Below the pieces are notes generated by a model that had not been told where the DNA came from, ran no database searches, and saw only the letters and a list, made by a program, of their open reading frames with translations. A program made the position numbers and the translations under genes. A stretch of 62,832 nt of DNA, filler included. It is 5 parts of 5 records of this genome, joined end to end, with 100 filler letters (N's around TTAATTAATTAA, not from the genome) between each part and the next. Parts side by side here need not be neighbours in the genome. Positions count along the whole stretch, not along the records: positions 18,823 to 28,411 come from DRR378314_2042; positions 28,512 to 43,263 come from DRR378314_2044; 3 more parts are not named here. One strand, written 5' to 3'. This document shows, in pieces, positions 18,949 to 28,540 of this stretch (position 1 is its first letter; each line of letters opens with the position of its first letter).

Positions 18949-20280
18949 ATGAGTCAGTCAAAATCGGTGCCAACATCGCGATTTGCAAGGTTAAGTAAAT
19001 TTGGCTTACTGGCATCAAAAGTCGCCGGTAATGTGTTGCTTGATGGTGCAAAATCAGTGGCGAAGGGTGAAAAGCTTAATCGGCAATCGTTAATAATGTC
19101 TTCTAAAAATATAGAGAATCTTGCCGAACAGCTTGCACAATTACGTGGCGCGGCGATGAAGCTTGGACAGTTATTATCAATGGATTCAGGTGAGCTGTTG
19201 CCTCCCGAGCTGAGCCAATTGCTAGCGAGGTTGCGATCTGATGGCCATGCAATGCCACACAAACAACTTGTAAGTGTGTTTAAGTCACAATGGGGAGAAG
19301 GGTGGCTTGACAAGCTTTCACATATTGAGCTTAAGCCGTTTGCTGCCGCTTCGATAGGGCAAGTACACAAAGCAAATTTAGAAAATGGCGAAGCGTTGGC
19401 GATTAAGGTGCAATACCCAGGCATTGCTAAAAGTATTGAAAGTGATGTTGATAATTTAGCCAGTTTGCTAAAGCTCAGTGGTCTACTGCCTAAGCATATA
19501 GATATAGACCCCCTAATAGCCGAAGCTAAGCAGCAGCTGTTGGATGAAGCAGATTACGAACGTGAGGCTGACTTTTTAAAGGTGTACCAGCGCTATCTTG
19601 CACCGTTTGCGCAATTTAAAGTGCCACAAACCTACCCTGAACTCAGCACAAAACAGGTACTTGCTATGGAGTTTGTAGATGGTATTGACCTTGATGAGTG
19701 CGTTGAGTTGAATCAAACACAAAGAGATAATCTCGCCCGTGATTTAATACAGTTGTTTTTCTACGAATTGCTGCAATTTAATACCGTTCAAACAGATCCT
19801 AATTTTGCTAACTATTTATATCAACCTGCTTCAGAAACGGTTGTGCTACTTGATTTTGGTGCAACACGACCATTATCAAAGGTTATTTGTGACGGTTATT
19901 TCAAACTCTTTGCGGGCGCAATCGCGAATGATGAAAAAGAGATAGCAATCGCCGCAGAGCAAATAGGCTATTTTGATAGTCAAATAGATCAGCACTACAA
20001 ACAAAATGTACTTAACATATTTAAATTGGCGTGTGAGCCGCTTTTAATTGATGAGGCCTATGACTTTGCAGCAAGCCCACTCGCTAAACAAATACGCGAT
20101 AAAGGCCTTGAAATGAGCACACAAAAACAGCAATGGCATTCACCGCCCATTGATGCACTGTTTGTTCACCGCAAACTTGCTGGCCTGTATTTGATTGCCG
20201 CAAAGCTTAATGCAAAGGTAAATGTCTATCAGCTGTATCAAGCATTTTTAGCTGACTATGAGCAAGCTAGCACCACGTAA
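18949..20280 (+). CDS. ABC1/UbiB/AarF family atypical kinase (COQ8-like)
   Basis: RGAAMKLGQLLS (KxGQ), FAAASIGQVH, AIKVQYPG, QTDPNFANY and LLDFGA. Confidence 0.92.
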   Translation: MSQSKSVPTSRFARLSKFGLLASKVAGNVLLDGAKSVAKGEKLNRQSLIMSSKNIENLAEQLAQLRGAAMKLGQLLSMDSGELLPPELSQLLARLRSDGHAMPHKQLVSVFKSQWGEGWLDKLSHIELKPFAAASIGQVHKANLENGEALAIKVQYPGIAKSIESDVDNLASLLKLSGLLPKHIDIDPLIAEAKQQLLDEADYEREADFLKVYQRYLAPFAQFKVPQTYPELSTKQVLAMEFVDGIDLDECVELNQTQRDNLARDLIQLFFYELLQFNTVQTDPNFANYLYQPASETVVLLDFGATRPLSKVICDGYFKLFAGAIANDEKEIAIAAEQIGYFDSQIDQHYKQNVLNIFKLACEPLLIDEAYDFAASPLAKQIRDKGLEMSTQKQQWHSPPIDALFVHRKLAGLYLIAAKLNAKVNVYQLYQAFLADYEQASTT

Positions 20281-20299
20281 CTAGCATTACGTGGTGTTA
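20268..20299. terminator. Bidirectional hairpin between convergent genes
   Basis: CACCACGTAA-CTAGCA-TTACGTGGTG, a perfect 10-bp stem. Confidence 0.65.
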
Positions 20300-20304
20300 A
20301 AGCG

Positions 20305-20955
20305 TTATTGACTGTCTTGCTCTGCTATTTGCTCGAATGCTTGCACAAATGCATCGCTTGGTTGTCCACCAGTTAGTGCATATTCGTCGTTGATAATAAA
20401 CGTAGGTACAGACGTTATGCCCATTTGTTGTAAGGCATTTTGTTCGCTACGTACCGCTTGAAAATATTCACCTGAATCTAATATTTCTTTTGCACGGTCT
20501 CTATCAAGGCCAACACTTTGCACTACATTTAATAAGCTTTCTTGTTCGTTTAAATACACCAAATCGGTAAAATGTGCTTTAAAGAATGCCAGCTTTAATT
20601 CGGTTTGTTTACCTTCAGTTGCAGCCCAAGTCAGTAAACGATGGAGATCAAAACTGTTGATCATGATGCGGTTACCATCAAGGTTAAAGGTAAACCCTGC
20701 TTTTTCACCCATCTCTAAAATATGCTTTCGATTTGCATCGCCTTGCGCTTCAGTTAGGCCATATTTTTGCGCTAAATGTTCATTTAAATCTTGTCCTTCA
20801 ATGGGCATATCAGGATTCAGTTCGAAGGGCTTCCAGCTTATTTCAGCGTCAAACTTGTCACTCAACTGAGCTAATGCAGATTCAAGGTTTTTATAGCCTA
20901 TAATGCACCACGGGCACATTACGTCAGAAACTATATCGATTTTTAGCTTTTTCAT
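20305..20955 (-). CDS. DsbA/FrnE-like thiol oxidoreductase
   Basis: DIVSDVMCPWCIIG, PFELNPDMP and GITSVPTFIIN...GGQP. Confidence 0.9.
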   Translation of the reverse strand: MKKLKIDIVSDVMCPWCIIGYKNLESALAQLSDKFDAEISWKPFELNPDMPIEGQDLNEHLAQKYGLTEAQGDANRKHILEMGEKAGFTFNLDGNRIMINSFDLHRLLTWAATEGKQTELKLAFFKAHFTDLVYLNEQESLLNVVQSVGLDRDRAKEILDSGEYFQAVRSEQNALQQMGITSVPTFIINDEYALTGGQPSDAFVQAFEQIAEQDSQ

Positions 20956-21161
20956 TGGGGTAGCCTGTTTTGAACAATATAGTGAGGATATGCAGGCACA
21001 CATCACAAAGTTCAAGGCAACACAGCAGAGATTGTCAATTAAGGTGAGTTCAATGCATTAATTGCACAGTTTCTTACATCTTTAAAACACTCTTGAACAG
21101 ATTTAATTTTAAAATCCAATAAACTCATTATTAGACAAATGAAAACAATCAAAAGGACAAC

Positions 21162-21623
21162 ATGATGAACAAGGCATTTATCGTTTTACTATTATTAACA
21201 GGTTGTGCTGCAGGCCCGGGTATTGATCGAGCTGAAGAAAATAGAATAGTCACTGAATATTATGCGCAAGTTCAATCGACAAAACCGGTTCAGCTATCGT
21301 CAGATGTGTTCAACGGCATGATGATTGGCGCAACAGTAGGGATAATCGATGAGTTAGATGGTAATCGCGAAGATATGATTGCAGGTGGTATAGCTGGTGC
21401 ACTGGTTGGCGGTTTATTTACTGCTTTATTTGAAGGCAGTGATGAGGCATACGAATACCAATTATTTACTCAAAAGCAAGGCGAATTTTGGGTTGTGCAA
21501 AAAGAGCAATTACCATCAGATACCCAATGCGTTAAAGTACGTGTAGCAGATAAAGCAACATTGGTAAAAGCACCAAACCAATGGTGCGAAAATAATGAGT
21601 TACTAACACGATCAGCCATGTAG
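21162..21623 (+). CDS. Outer-membrane lipoprotein with glycine-zipper-like segment
   Basis: Lipobox LLTGC; GxxxG repeats (AGGIAGALVGG); AAGGA RBS. Confidence 0.7.
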   Translation: MMNKAFIVLLLLTGCAAGPGIDRAEENRIVTEYYAQVQSTKPVQLSSDVFNGMMIGATVGIIDELDGNREDMIAGGIAGALVGGLFTALFEGSDEAYEYQLFTQKQGEFWVVQKEQLPSDTQCVKVRVADKATLVKAPNQWCENNELLTRSAM

Positions 21624-21638
21624 GCCGATCGTGAGGTT

Positions 21639-22856
21639 TTAACCTAAACCAAATGGGTCATCAATACTATGCGCAGGCTCCGTAAACCATTTAGGTCCTT
21701 CGTCGGTCATATAAAAATGGTCCTCCAAACGAATACCAAATTCGTCTGGCACAACCAGCATGGGCTCATTACTAAAGCACATACCAGGTGCAAGTGGAGT
21801 TTTATCTCCGCCTACTAAATAAGGCCATTCGTGAATATCCAACCCTATACCATGGCCTGTACGGTGTGGACAGCCTGGTGTTTGATACTCAGGGCCTAAT
21901 CCTTGTGAAGCTAAGTAATTGCGAGCACCGGCATCGACCGCTTCACATGTTTGCCCGATTTGAGCGACTTTAAATGCAGCGATTTGGGCTGCTTTTTCGT
22001 AATCCCAAAACTGGCGTTGACGCTCTGTTGCTTCACCAAACACATACGTACGCGTGATGTCAGACAGGTAATCATGTACTTTACAGCCAGTATCAATCAA
22101 TACCATGTCGCCTTTTTTAAGGATTTGTGCATCTTTTACCCCATGCGGGAAAGAGGTGGCAACACCAAATAACACAATACAAAAATAATTACCCGGCGCG
22201 CCTACCTTTTGGTGAGCTTGCTTGATGAAGGCTTCCACTTCTGTGGTGCTAATACCTTCGTGTAACATGCTCGCGGTTGCTTGATGTACAGCGAGTGTCA
22301 TGTCCATAGCACGTTGCATTAGTTTCAGCTCATTGGCTGATTTATGCATACGACAATGCGCAGTGACAGGTTGTGCATTAACCAGTTTTAAGCCATTTTG
22401 TGCTTTGTTGATGCCATCAAAAATAAAAAACTGGGCGCTTTCATCAATCCCAATTGTGCCATCTTGTGCAATGCCCATCTCCTTGATGACATCGGCAAAT
22501 AGTTGGTATGGGCTTTCATGCTCTTGCCAGCCACGAATTGGACCATCAATCACTTTAAAGCCATTCAGTGAGCCAATTTCAAAGTAAGGCGCAATGTATT
22601 GTACGTCACCTTTGGCGGGTAAAATTGCCCCAACCATACGCTCACTGGCATACCAGCGCATACCGGTAAAGTAAGTTAGGTTTGTGCCTGCATTTAAATA
22701 AATGGCATCGATGCCATTTGCTTGCATGTAAGTTTGCGCTGTTTTAATGCGCTCTAGGTGTTCTTGCGCTTGAATGGGCTGCAAATCTTTAGTCATATCA
22801 CTGAGACTCGCCAGTGCCTGCTCTTTAGATTGAGTACCAATACCTGTGGTCGTCAT
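21639..22856 (-). CDS. Xaa-Pro dipeptidase (M24 family)
   Basis: LIDTG...YLSDITRT, HRTGHGIGLDIHE, FSNEP and GIRLED metal ligands. Confidence 0.92.
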   Translation of the reverse strand: MTTTGIGTQSKEQALASLSDMTKDLQPIQAQEHLERIKTAQTYMQANGIDAIYLNAGTNLTYFTGMRWYASERMVGAILPAKGDVQYIAPYFEIGSLNGFKVIDGPIRGWQEHESPYQLFADVIKEMGIAQDGTIGIDESAQFFIFDGINKAQNGLKLVNAQPVTAHCRMHKSANELKLMQRAMDMTLAVHQATASMLHEGISTTEVEAFIKQAHQKVGAPGNYFCIVLFGVATSFPHGVKDAQILKKGDMVLIDTGCKVHDYLSDITRTYVFGEATERQRQFWDYEKAAQIAAFKVAQIGQTCEAVDAGARNYLASQGLGPEYQTPGCPHRTGHGIGLDIHEWPYLVGGDKTPLAPGMCFSNEPMLVVPDEFGIRLEDHFYMTDEGPKWFTEPAHSIDDPFGLG

Positions 22857-22878
22857 AATTCTCTCCTCGTTAATGGGG

Positions 22879-24168
22879 CTATTGTGCGTGTGGGATGGGT
22901 GAACTGCAAGCCGCATGCGTTGAAAATCGGCTAATGCAATATGGTTTAATGTCTATTTTTGTAGGGTGTCTTAAACACAGTGAAGTAATTAACTCCCCAG
23001 TGACCGCACCTTGTGTTAACCCCAAATGTTGATGGCCAAATGCAAAGAAAATATTAGGATGAAAAGGGGCTTCACCAATAACCGGCAATGAGTCAGGTAA
23101 AGAAGGGCGACAGCCCATCCATGTACTGTGAGCATGCAATGATGAGGCTGATTTTTTAAGCATCGCTTTAGCGTGCGGCAATAATGCCAGTGCACGTTTG
23201 TTGTTCATTTTGCGCTGTGTGCCTGCAAATTCGACCGTCCCCGCTATTCGCAAACCTTGGCTCATGGGGGTCATTATAAAGTTACGCTCAGCAGAGGCGA
23301 CAGGGCGAGAAAGGCCATAGTTACTTGCTAGCATGCAATGGTACCCGCGTTCAGTATCCAGCGGGACTTTATAACCAAGGGGCTTAATAAGCGATTTACT
23401 CCATGCGCCAGCGGCAATAACCACTTTGTCAGCGGTAAATTGTTGTTGCTCACCTTTGAGTGTATACCCAAGTTCAGCTTGCTCAATCGCGGTCACTTTT
23501 TGTTGACAAAACTGCCCCCCAAGGGCAATAAATTGCTCTGCTAATGTTACGCAAAATAAGTGCGGATCAACGCTGTGTGCCACGTCATTAAATAATAAAG
23601 CGTGCTTAATTGTGGGTGCTAAGTTAGGTTCAAGTTGCTGAACTTGTTTTGAATTGAGCAGTTCAACACTTATATCGTGCGTTTGAAAACTCTCTAATAA
23701 GCTAGTTATCTGTTCAATCGGGGTTTTTTCAAAGGTCAGTAAACTGCCTTTTTTAGTGATTAGATAGTCTAAATTATAGTTACTTAGCAATTGGTCATAG
23801 GCTGTAATCGCATGTTGATTTAGCGCTTTTAATGCCAACGAGTTGGCTGTATAGGTTTTGTTATTCATATTTTTTAAAAATAACCAAAACCATGGTAGTG
23901 CCTTAATGGTATAACGCCAATCAATACGCAGTGGACCCAGTGGGTTTAACAACATAGAAGGGAGCTTTTTCAGTACCGATGCATGCGCTAAAGGAAATAC
24001 TTGTTCTGTCGCAAAATGCCCTGCATTTCCCTTTGAGCACCCTTGAGCTAAACCGTTTTCATCGTACAGTGTGACGGCAAAGCCCGCACGTTGTAAGTTT
24101 AGCGCGCAACAAATACCAATCACACCCGCCCCAATGACCCCAATATGTTGTGTACTATGATCTGCCAA
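22879..24168 (-). CDS. FAD-dependent D-amino acid dehydrogenase (probable D-hydroxyproline dehydrogenase)
   Basis: GAGVIG, GCSKGNAG, WMGCRPSLPDSLPVIG and AFGHQHLGLT; TTG start with GAGGT RBS; substrate inferred from context. Confidence 0.85.
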   Translation of the reverse strand: MADHSTQHIGVIGAGVIGICCALNLQRAGFAVTLYDENGLAQGCSKGNAGHFATEQVFPLAHASVLKKLPSMLLNPLGPLRIDWRYTIKALPWFWLFLKNMNNKTYTANSLALKALNQHAITAYDQLLSNYNLDYLITKKGSLLTFEKTPIEQITSLLESFQTHDISVELLNSKQVQQLEPNLAPTIKHALLFNDVAHSVDPHLFCVTLAEQFIALGGQFCQQKVTAIEQAELGYTLKGEQQQFTADKVVIAAGAWSKSLIKPLGYKVPLDTERGYHCMLASNYGLSRPVASAERNFIMTPMSQGLRIAGTVEFAGTQRKMNNKRALALLPHAKAMLKKSASSLHAHSTWMGCRPSLPDSLPVIGEAPFHPNIFFAFGHQHLGLTQGAVTGELITSLCLRHPTKIDIKPYCISRFSTHAACSSPIPHAQ

Positions 24169-24382
24169 AATAATTACCTCTTTATGCAATTCGCTACTTT
24201 GGCCGATAAATCATTGCCTATCTCAATATTGCATTTAGTTTTTTAAATTACGAAATATGATTTTTTAACGTTGTTAGTTTAATTTTTTGTTATTTATTTT
24301 CAGTTGCTTAACCTTGTTTTTACTGCGCCAAAGACGCTCTTATAGATTAATGAATAAATGAATATCAAAATGGGATATTGAT

Positions 24383-24396
24383 TATTGTATACAATA
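24383..24396. promoter_or_regulatory. GntR-family (HypR-type) operator palindrome
   Basis: Perfect palindrome TATTGTATACAATA in the divergent promoter region of the hydroxyproline cluster. Confidence 0.75.
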
Positions 24397-24437
24397 TACT
24401 TACTATATCAAGCCTAAACATCAATCAGGTAATTAAA

Positions 24438-24662
24438 ATGACAGTAAATTGGCAAGGGGTCTTTTTAGCAGCACCGACTCAGTTCAATGCATCAGACGCC
24501 ATTAAATTTGCAACAACAGCAAAGATGATCGATGAGCTAAATAATAAAGGCGTTCACAGTATCATTGAACTGGATGCAGCAAACGAGAACACGACTGCCG
24601 TCTCGCTTTACACGCAAGAAATGACAAACCGTATTGCTTTAACAAAATTTAAGTTGGACTAA
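24438..24662 (+). pseudogene. Internally deleted DHDPS-family deaminase remnant (74 aa)
   Basis: MTVNWQGVFLAAPTQFN...MIDELNNKGVHSII matches the DapA-fold N-terminus; about a quarter of normal length; at the position expected for the pyrroline-hydroxy-carboxylate deaminase. Confidence 0.75.
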
Positions 24663-24665
24663 GTT

Positions 24666-25667
24666 ATGCTCAAAGGGACCTTTTTTTGTATTGACGGCCA
24701 TACCTGTGGCAACCCTGTACGGCTAATAACCAGTGGTCACCCGCAATTAAGTGGGGAAAGCATGAGTGAAAAGCGCCAAGACTTTTTGCAAAATCATGAC
24801 TGGATACGCCAAGCGCTTATGTTTGAGCCTCGTGGCCACGATATGATGTCGGGCGGATTCTTATATCCACCTACCACAGAGGATGGCGATGCGGCTATTT
24901 TATTTGTTGAAACATCAGGATGCTTACCCATGTGTGGTCACGGCACGATGGGCATTGTCACGTTTGCGTTAGAGCATGGCTTGTTGCATGCAAACGTGCC
25001 AGGAACATTAAAACTCGATACACCGGCAGGGCGCGTTGAAGTCAATTATGAAATGACTGACGGTAAAGTTCAGTGGGTTAAAATTTATAATGTGCCCGCG
25101 TACCTAGCACATCAATCAATTGAAATTGAAGTGCCTGAGTTAGGCGCGCTTAAAGTAGATATTGCCTATGGTGGCAACTTCTACATTATTGTTGAGCCGC
25201 AGGGGAATTATAAAGGCATTGAACACTTAACCGCAGGGCAAATTTTAAAGTACAGCCCACAGGTACGGGATGCCATAAATATAAAAACGAAATGTGTTCA
25301 TCCGCTTGACTCAACTGTTCAAGGTGCAAGCCACGTTTTATGGACAGGCACACCTAAAAATGCCAATTCAGACGCCGCCAATGCTGTTTTTTATGGTGAT
25401 AAAGCCATTGATCGTTCGCCCTGTGGCACAGGCACAAGTGCGCGTATGGCGCAGCTATTTGCCAAGGGGCAATTGGCTCAAGGGCAAAATTTTATCCACG
25501 AAAGTTATATCGGCAGCCAGTTTATTGGTTGCATTGAACAGGTAACAGAAATCGCAGGTATCACAGCCATCCTGCCAAGTATTCAAGGTTGGTCTAGAGT
25601 GACGGGCAAAAGCACGATCACCGTTGATGACGATGACCCATATGCATTTGGGTTTCAAGTAATTTAA
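24666..25667 (+). CDS. 4-hydroxyproline 2-epimerase (proline racemase family)
   Basis: HTCGNPVR, EPRGHDMMSG, catalytic MCGHG and DRSPCGTGTSA. Confidence 0.93.
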   Translation: MLKGTFFCIDGHTCGNPVRLITSGHPQLSGESMSEKRQDFLQNHDWIRQALMFEPRGHDMMSGGFLYPPTTEDGDAAILFVETSGCLPMCGHGTMGIVTFALEHGLLHANVPGTLKLDTPAGRVEVNYEMTDGKVQWVKIYNVPAYLAHQSIEIEVPELGALKVDIAYGGNFYIIVEPQGNYKGIEHLTAGQILKYSPQVRDAINIKTKCVHPLDSTVQGASHVLWTGTPKNANSDAANAVFYGDKAIDRSPCGTGTSARMAQLFAKGQLAQGQNFIHESYIGSQFIGCIEQVTEIAGITAILPSIQGWSRVTGKSTITVDDDDPYAFGFQVI

Positions 25668-25680
25668 TCAGGAGCAAAAC

Positions 25681-27177
25681 ATGACATTAACAGGACAAAG
25701 TTTAGTAGCAGGACAATGGATTGGTGATTCAGCGAATGGTGAATTTAACGCATTTTCCCCAGCGCGCAATGAACCCCTCTCCACACGCTTTTTTAATCTG
25801 AGTGCCGCTGAATTAGACGGGGCGATAGCGGCCGCGCAATCGGCTTTTTATGAGTATCGTAAAACCAGCTTTGCGCAACGAGCAGATTTTTTAACGTGTA
25901 TTGCAGATCACATATTGGCGCTAGGAGATGATCTACTTGAGCAAACTCATCAAGAAACCAATCTACCCATGATGCGTTTGCAAGGCGAGCGCATGCGAAC
26001 CGTTAATCAACTTAAGGCATTTGCCAGTGCTTTGCGCGAAAACCCTGAATCACCATTGGGTTTAAAAGTTGTGGACGAAGCCGATGCCGCAAGAGCACCG
26101 TTACCAAAACCACATACAGAGCTTAATTATTTACCGCTTGGGCCTGTGGCCGTATTTGGCGCATCTAATTTCCCGTATGCCTTTTCAACACTCGGTGGCG
26201 ACACGGCAGCAGCACTGGCAGCAGGTTGCCCAGTGATTGTAAAAAATCATACAGCGCACCCGGGAACCGGTGAGCTAATGGCACGTGCGGCGCTTGCCGC
26301 TATAAAAGAATGTGCGATGCCATTAGGCGTGTTTGCAATGGTGCAAAGTAAGGCGTATGACATGTCGCATCAGCTCGTTGCTGCGCCGGAAATTAAAGCG
26401 GTTGGGTTCACTGGCTCATTTAACGTTGCTAGTAAACTGCAAGCGACCATTGCAAAGCGTGAAGAACCCATCCCATTTTATGGTGAGCTTGGCAGTATTA
26501 ACCCCCAAGTTATTCTACCTAATAAAGCAATTGAACAGAGTAAAGAAATTGCACAGTCACTTTGCCAGTCAATGCTGATGGGCAACGGGCAGTTTTGTAC
26601 CAGCCCAGGGTTGTGGTTAGTGCCAACGGGATGTGATGAGCTTGAAGCACACATTACAGCGTGCATTGATGATGCCCCGTCAGATACGTTACTCACCCCG
26701 GGGATTGTTAACACGTTTAAACACCAAATAGCAGCGCGTAGTCAGCTTGATAAGGTCAGTGTGTTAGGTGCAGGCAAACTTGCACAGGCGTTTCATGCCA
26801 ATGCACATGTATTCGCGTGCAACGGCGATGACTACTTAGCAACTCCAGCTTTACAAGAAGAAGTGTTTGGCCCTGCGGCGTTAGTTGTGCGCTACGACAG
26901 TGAACAGCAGCTCATGACATTAGTAAATCAATTGCAAGGGCAGCTAACCGCCAGTGTGCATGGTACCGACGCTGACTTAAATAAAGCCGATAGCCTTATC
27001 GAAACGCTGCAATATAAAGTGGGTCGTTTGATAAAAAATCAGATGCCAACAGGCGTTGAAGTCTGCGGCTCAATGAACCACGGTGGGCCATTCCCAAGCT
27101 CAACAGATGTACGTAGTACTTCTGTAGGTACAAATGCAATGTTACGTTTTATGCGACCAATTTGTTACCAGGCATAA
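25681..27177 (+). CDS. Alpha-ketoglutaric semialdehyde dehydrogenase (ALDH family)
   Basis: GPVAVFGASNFP, VGFTGS, GELGSINP, GQFCTSPG, EEVFGP and HGGPFPSS; pathway context. Confidence 0.9.
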   Translation: MTLTGQSLVAGQWIGDSANGEFNAFSPARNEPLSTRFFNLSAAELDGAIAAAQSAFYEYRKTSFAQRADFLTCIADHILALGDDLLEQTHQETNLPMMRLQGERMRTVNQLKAFASALRENPESPLGLKVVDEADAARAPLPKPHTELNYLPLGPVAVFGASNFPYAFSTLGGDTAAALAAGCPVIVKNHTAHPGTGELMARAALAAIKECAMPLGVFAMVQSKAYDMSHQLVAAPEIKAVGFTGSFNVASKLQATIAKREEPIPFYGELGSINPQVILPNKAIEQSKEIAQSLCQSMLMGNGQFCTSPGLWLVPTGCDELEAHITACIDDAPSDTLLTPGIVNTFKHQIAARSQLDKVSVLGAGKLAQAFHANAHVFACNGDDYLATPALQEEVFGPAALVVRYDSEQQLMTLVNQLQGQLTASVHGTDADLNKADSLIETLQYKVGRLIKNQMPTGVEVCGSMNHGGPFPSSTDVRSTSVGTNAMLRFMRPICYQA

Positions 27178-27184
27178 AATAATT

Positions 27185-27217
27185 AATGCGGGAGTCACTA
27201 TTGCATATTCCCGCATT
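27185..27217 (+). terminator. Hairpin after the aldehyde dehydrogenase
   Basis: AATGCGGGA...TCCCGCATT followed by CCTTT. Confidence 0.55.
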
Positions 27218-27309
27218 CCTTTATATACGCTCGCTAAGGACGTAATCTAACTTGGCATCTCATGTTACTTGAGTATAATGTATGCTAAATGCAATATTTA
27301 AGGAACACC

Positions 27310-27978
27310 ATGGCTATCGAGCACAAAACCCGCACCCAACTTGTTGCAGAAGCAATCCGTGAAAAAATATTAACAGGCGAGATAAAAGCCGGTGATCCGC
27401 TTCGTCAAGCTGCATTGGCTGCTGAGCTTAATGTAAGCCGTATTCCTGTTCGCGAGGCGCTGCTTCAGCTTGAAGCTGAAGGGCTTGTTAACTTTGAGGC
27501 TCATAAAGGTGCCACAGCAACAGAGCTTTCTGCATCACAAATTGATGAAATTTTTGATTTAAGAGCGTTACTTGAAGCCGAGCTACTAAGCCACTCAATA
27601 GAGGGGTTAACCAATCAAGATTTAATCGATGCAGAGCTTATTTTAACTGAACTTGAAAGCGCTATGGACGCAGGCGATACACACCTTGCAACGGGCGATT
27701 TAAATAGCCGTTTTCATGGCAAATTGTATTCGCGCGCACAACGCCCACAAACTCGTGAGCTGGTTGATATGTATAGTAAAAATTCAGAGCGCTATGTTCG
27801 TATGCATATATTGTTAGCCGGTGGCCTAACAACAGCGCCAGAAGAACACCGTACTTTACTAGAGTTTTGCCGCGCAAAAGACACTAAAAAAGCCTGTGAT
27901 TTTTTGAAAAAGCATATATTGGGTGCCAAAAACGACATTAAAAAGCTATTACTTAAAATAGAAGACGAAAAAAGGTAG
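27310..27978 (+). CDS. GntR/FCD family regulator (probable HypR)
   Basis: IREKILTGEIKAGDPLRQAALAAELNVSRIPVREALLQLEAEGLV winged HTH and FCD domain; AGGA RBS. Confidence 0.9.
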   Translation: MAIEHKTRTQLVAEAIREKILTGEIKAGDPLRQAALAAELNVSRIPVREALLQLEAEGLVNFEAHKGATATELSASQIDEIFDLRALLEAELLSHSIEGLTNQDLIDAELILTELESAMDAGDTHLATGDLNSRFHGKLYSRAQRPQTRELVDMYSKNSERYVRMHILLAGGLTTAPEEHRTLLEFCRAKDTKKACDFLKKHILGAKNDIKKLLLKIEDEKR

Positions 27979-28071
27979 CTTTTCGTAAACTATTGCTAGC
28001 ACATTCATATAATGTGCTTTAACGCGTTAAATTTATTTGACAAAAATATACAGCTGTTCTTTTTACCTGTT

Positions 28072-28411
28072 TTATAACCTAGAGAATGGACTAATCACGC
28101 CATTTGCACCTTGTTGTAAAACATGCGTATAAATCTGAGTTGTTCGCACATCACTATGGCCTAGTTGCGCTTGAACCGTTCTAATATCAGCACCACTTTG
28201 TAGTAAATGTGTTGCAAAAGAATGGCGTAAGGTATGCGGAGTAACGTGTTTATTAATTTGTGCATCACAAGCTGCTTTTTTAACCGCGCGCTGTAATTGT
28301 TTTTCATCTATATGATGTCTTCTCAATTGCTTACTTTGGGGAGCAATGCTGAGTTTATAAGATGGGAATAAATATTGCCACCCCAGCTGCTTGTTATGAT
28401 TTGGGTATTTT
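28072..28411 (-). mobile_element. intI: Integron integrase, 3' part (5' cut by contig end)
   Basis: Frame open to the contig edge: [33 protein letters not shown] (integron-specific insertion), then [12 protein letters not shown]...[23 protein letters not shown]. Confidence 0.92.
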
Positions 28412-28511
28412 NNNNNNNNNNNNNNNNNNNNNNNNNNNNNNNNNNNNNNNNNNNNTTAATTAATTAANNNNNNNNNNNNNNNNNNNNNNNNNNNNNNNNN
28501 NNNNNNNNNNN
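28412..28511. other. Artificial contig spacer
   Basis: N44-TTAATTAATTAA-N44. Confidence 0.99.
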
Positions 28512-28512
28512 T

Positions 28513-28540
28513 TCGCTCGCTCGCTCGTTCGTTCGTTCGT
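28513..28540. repeat. Compound tetranucleotide microsatellite (TCGC)3(TCGT)4
   Basis: Read directly at the contig start. Confidence 0.9.
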
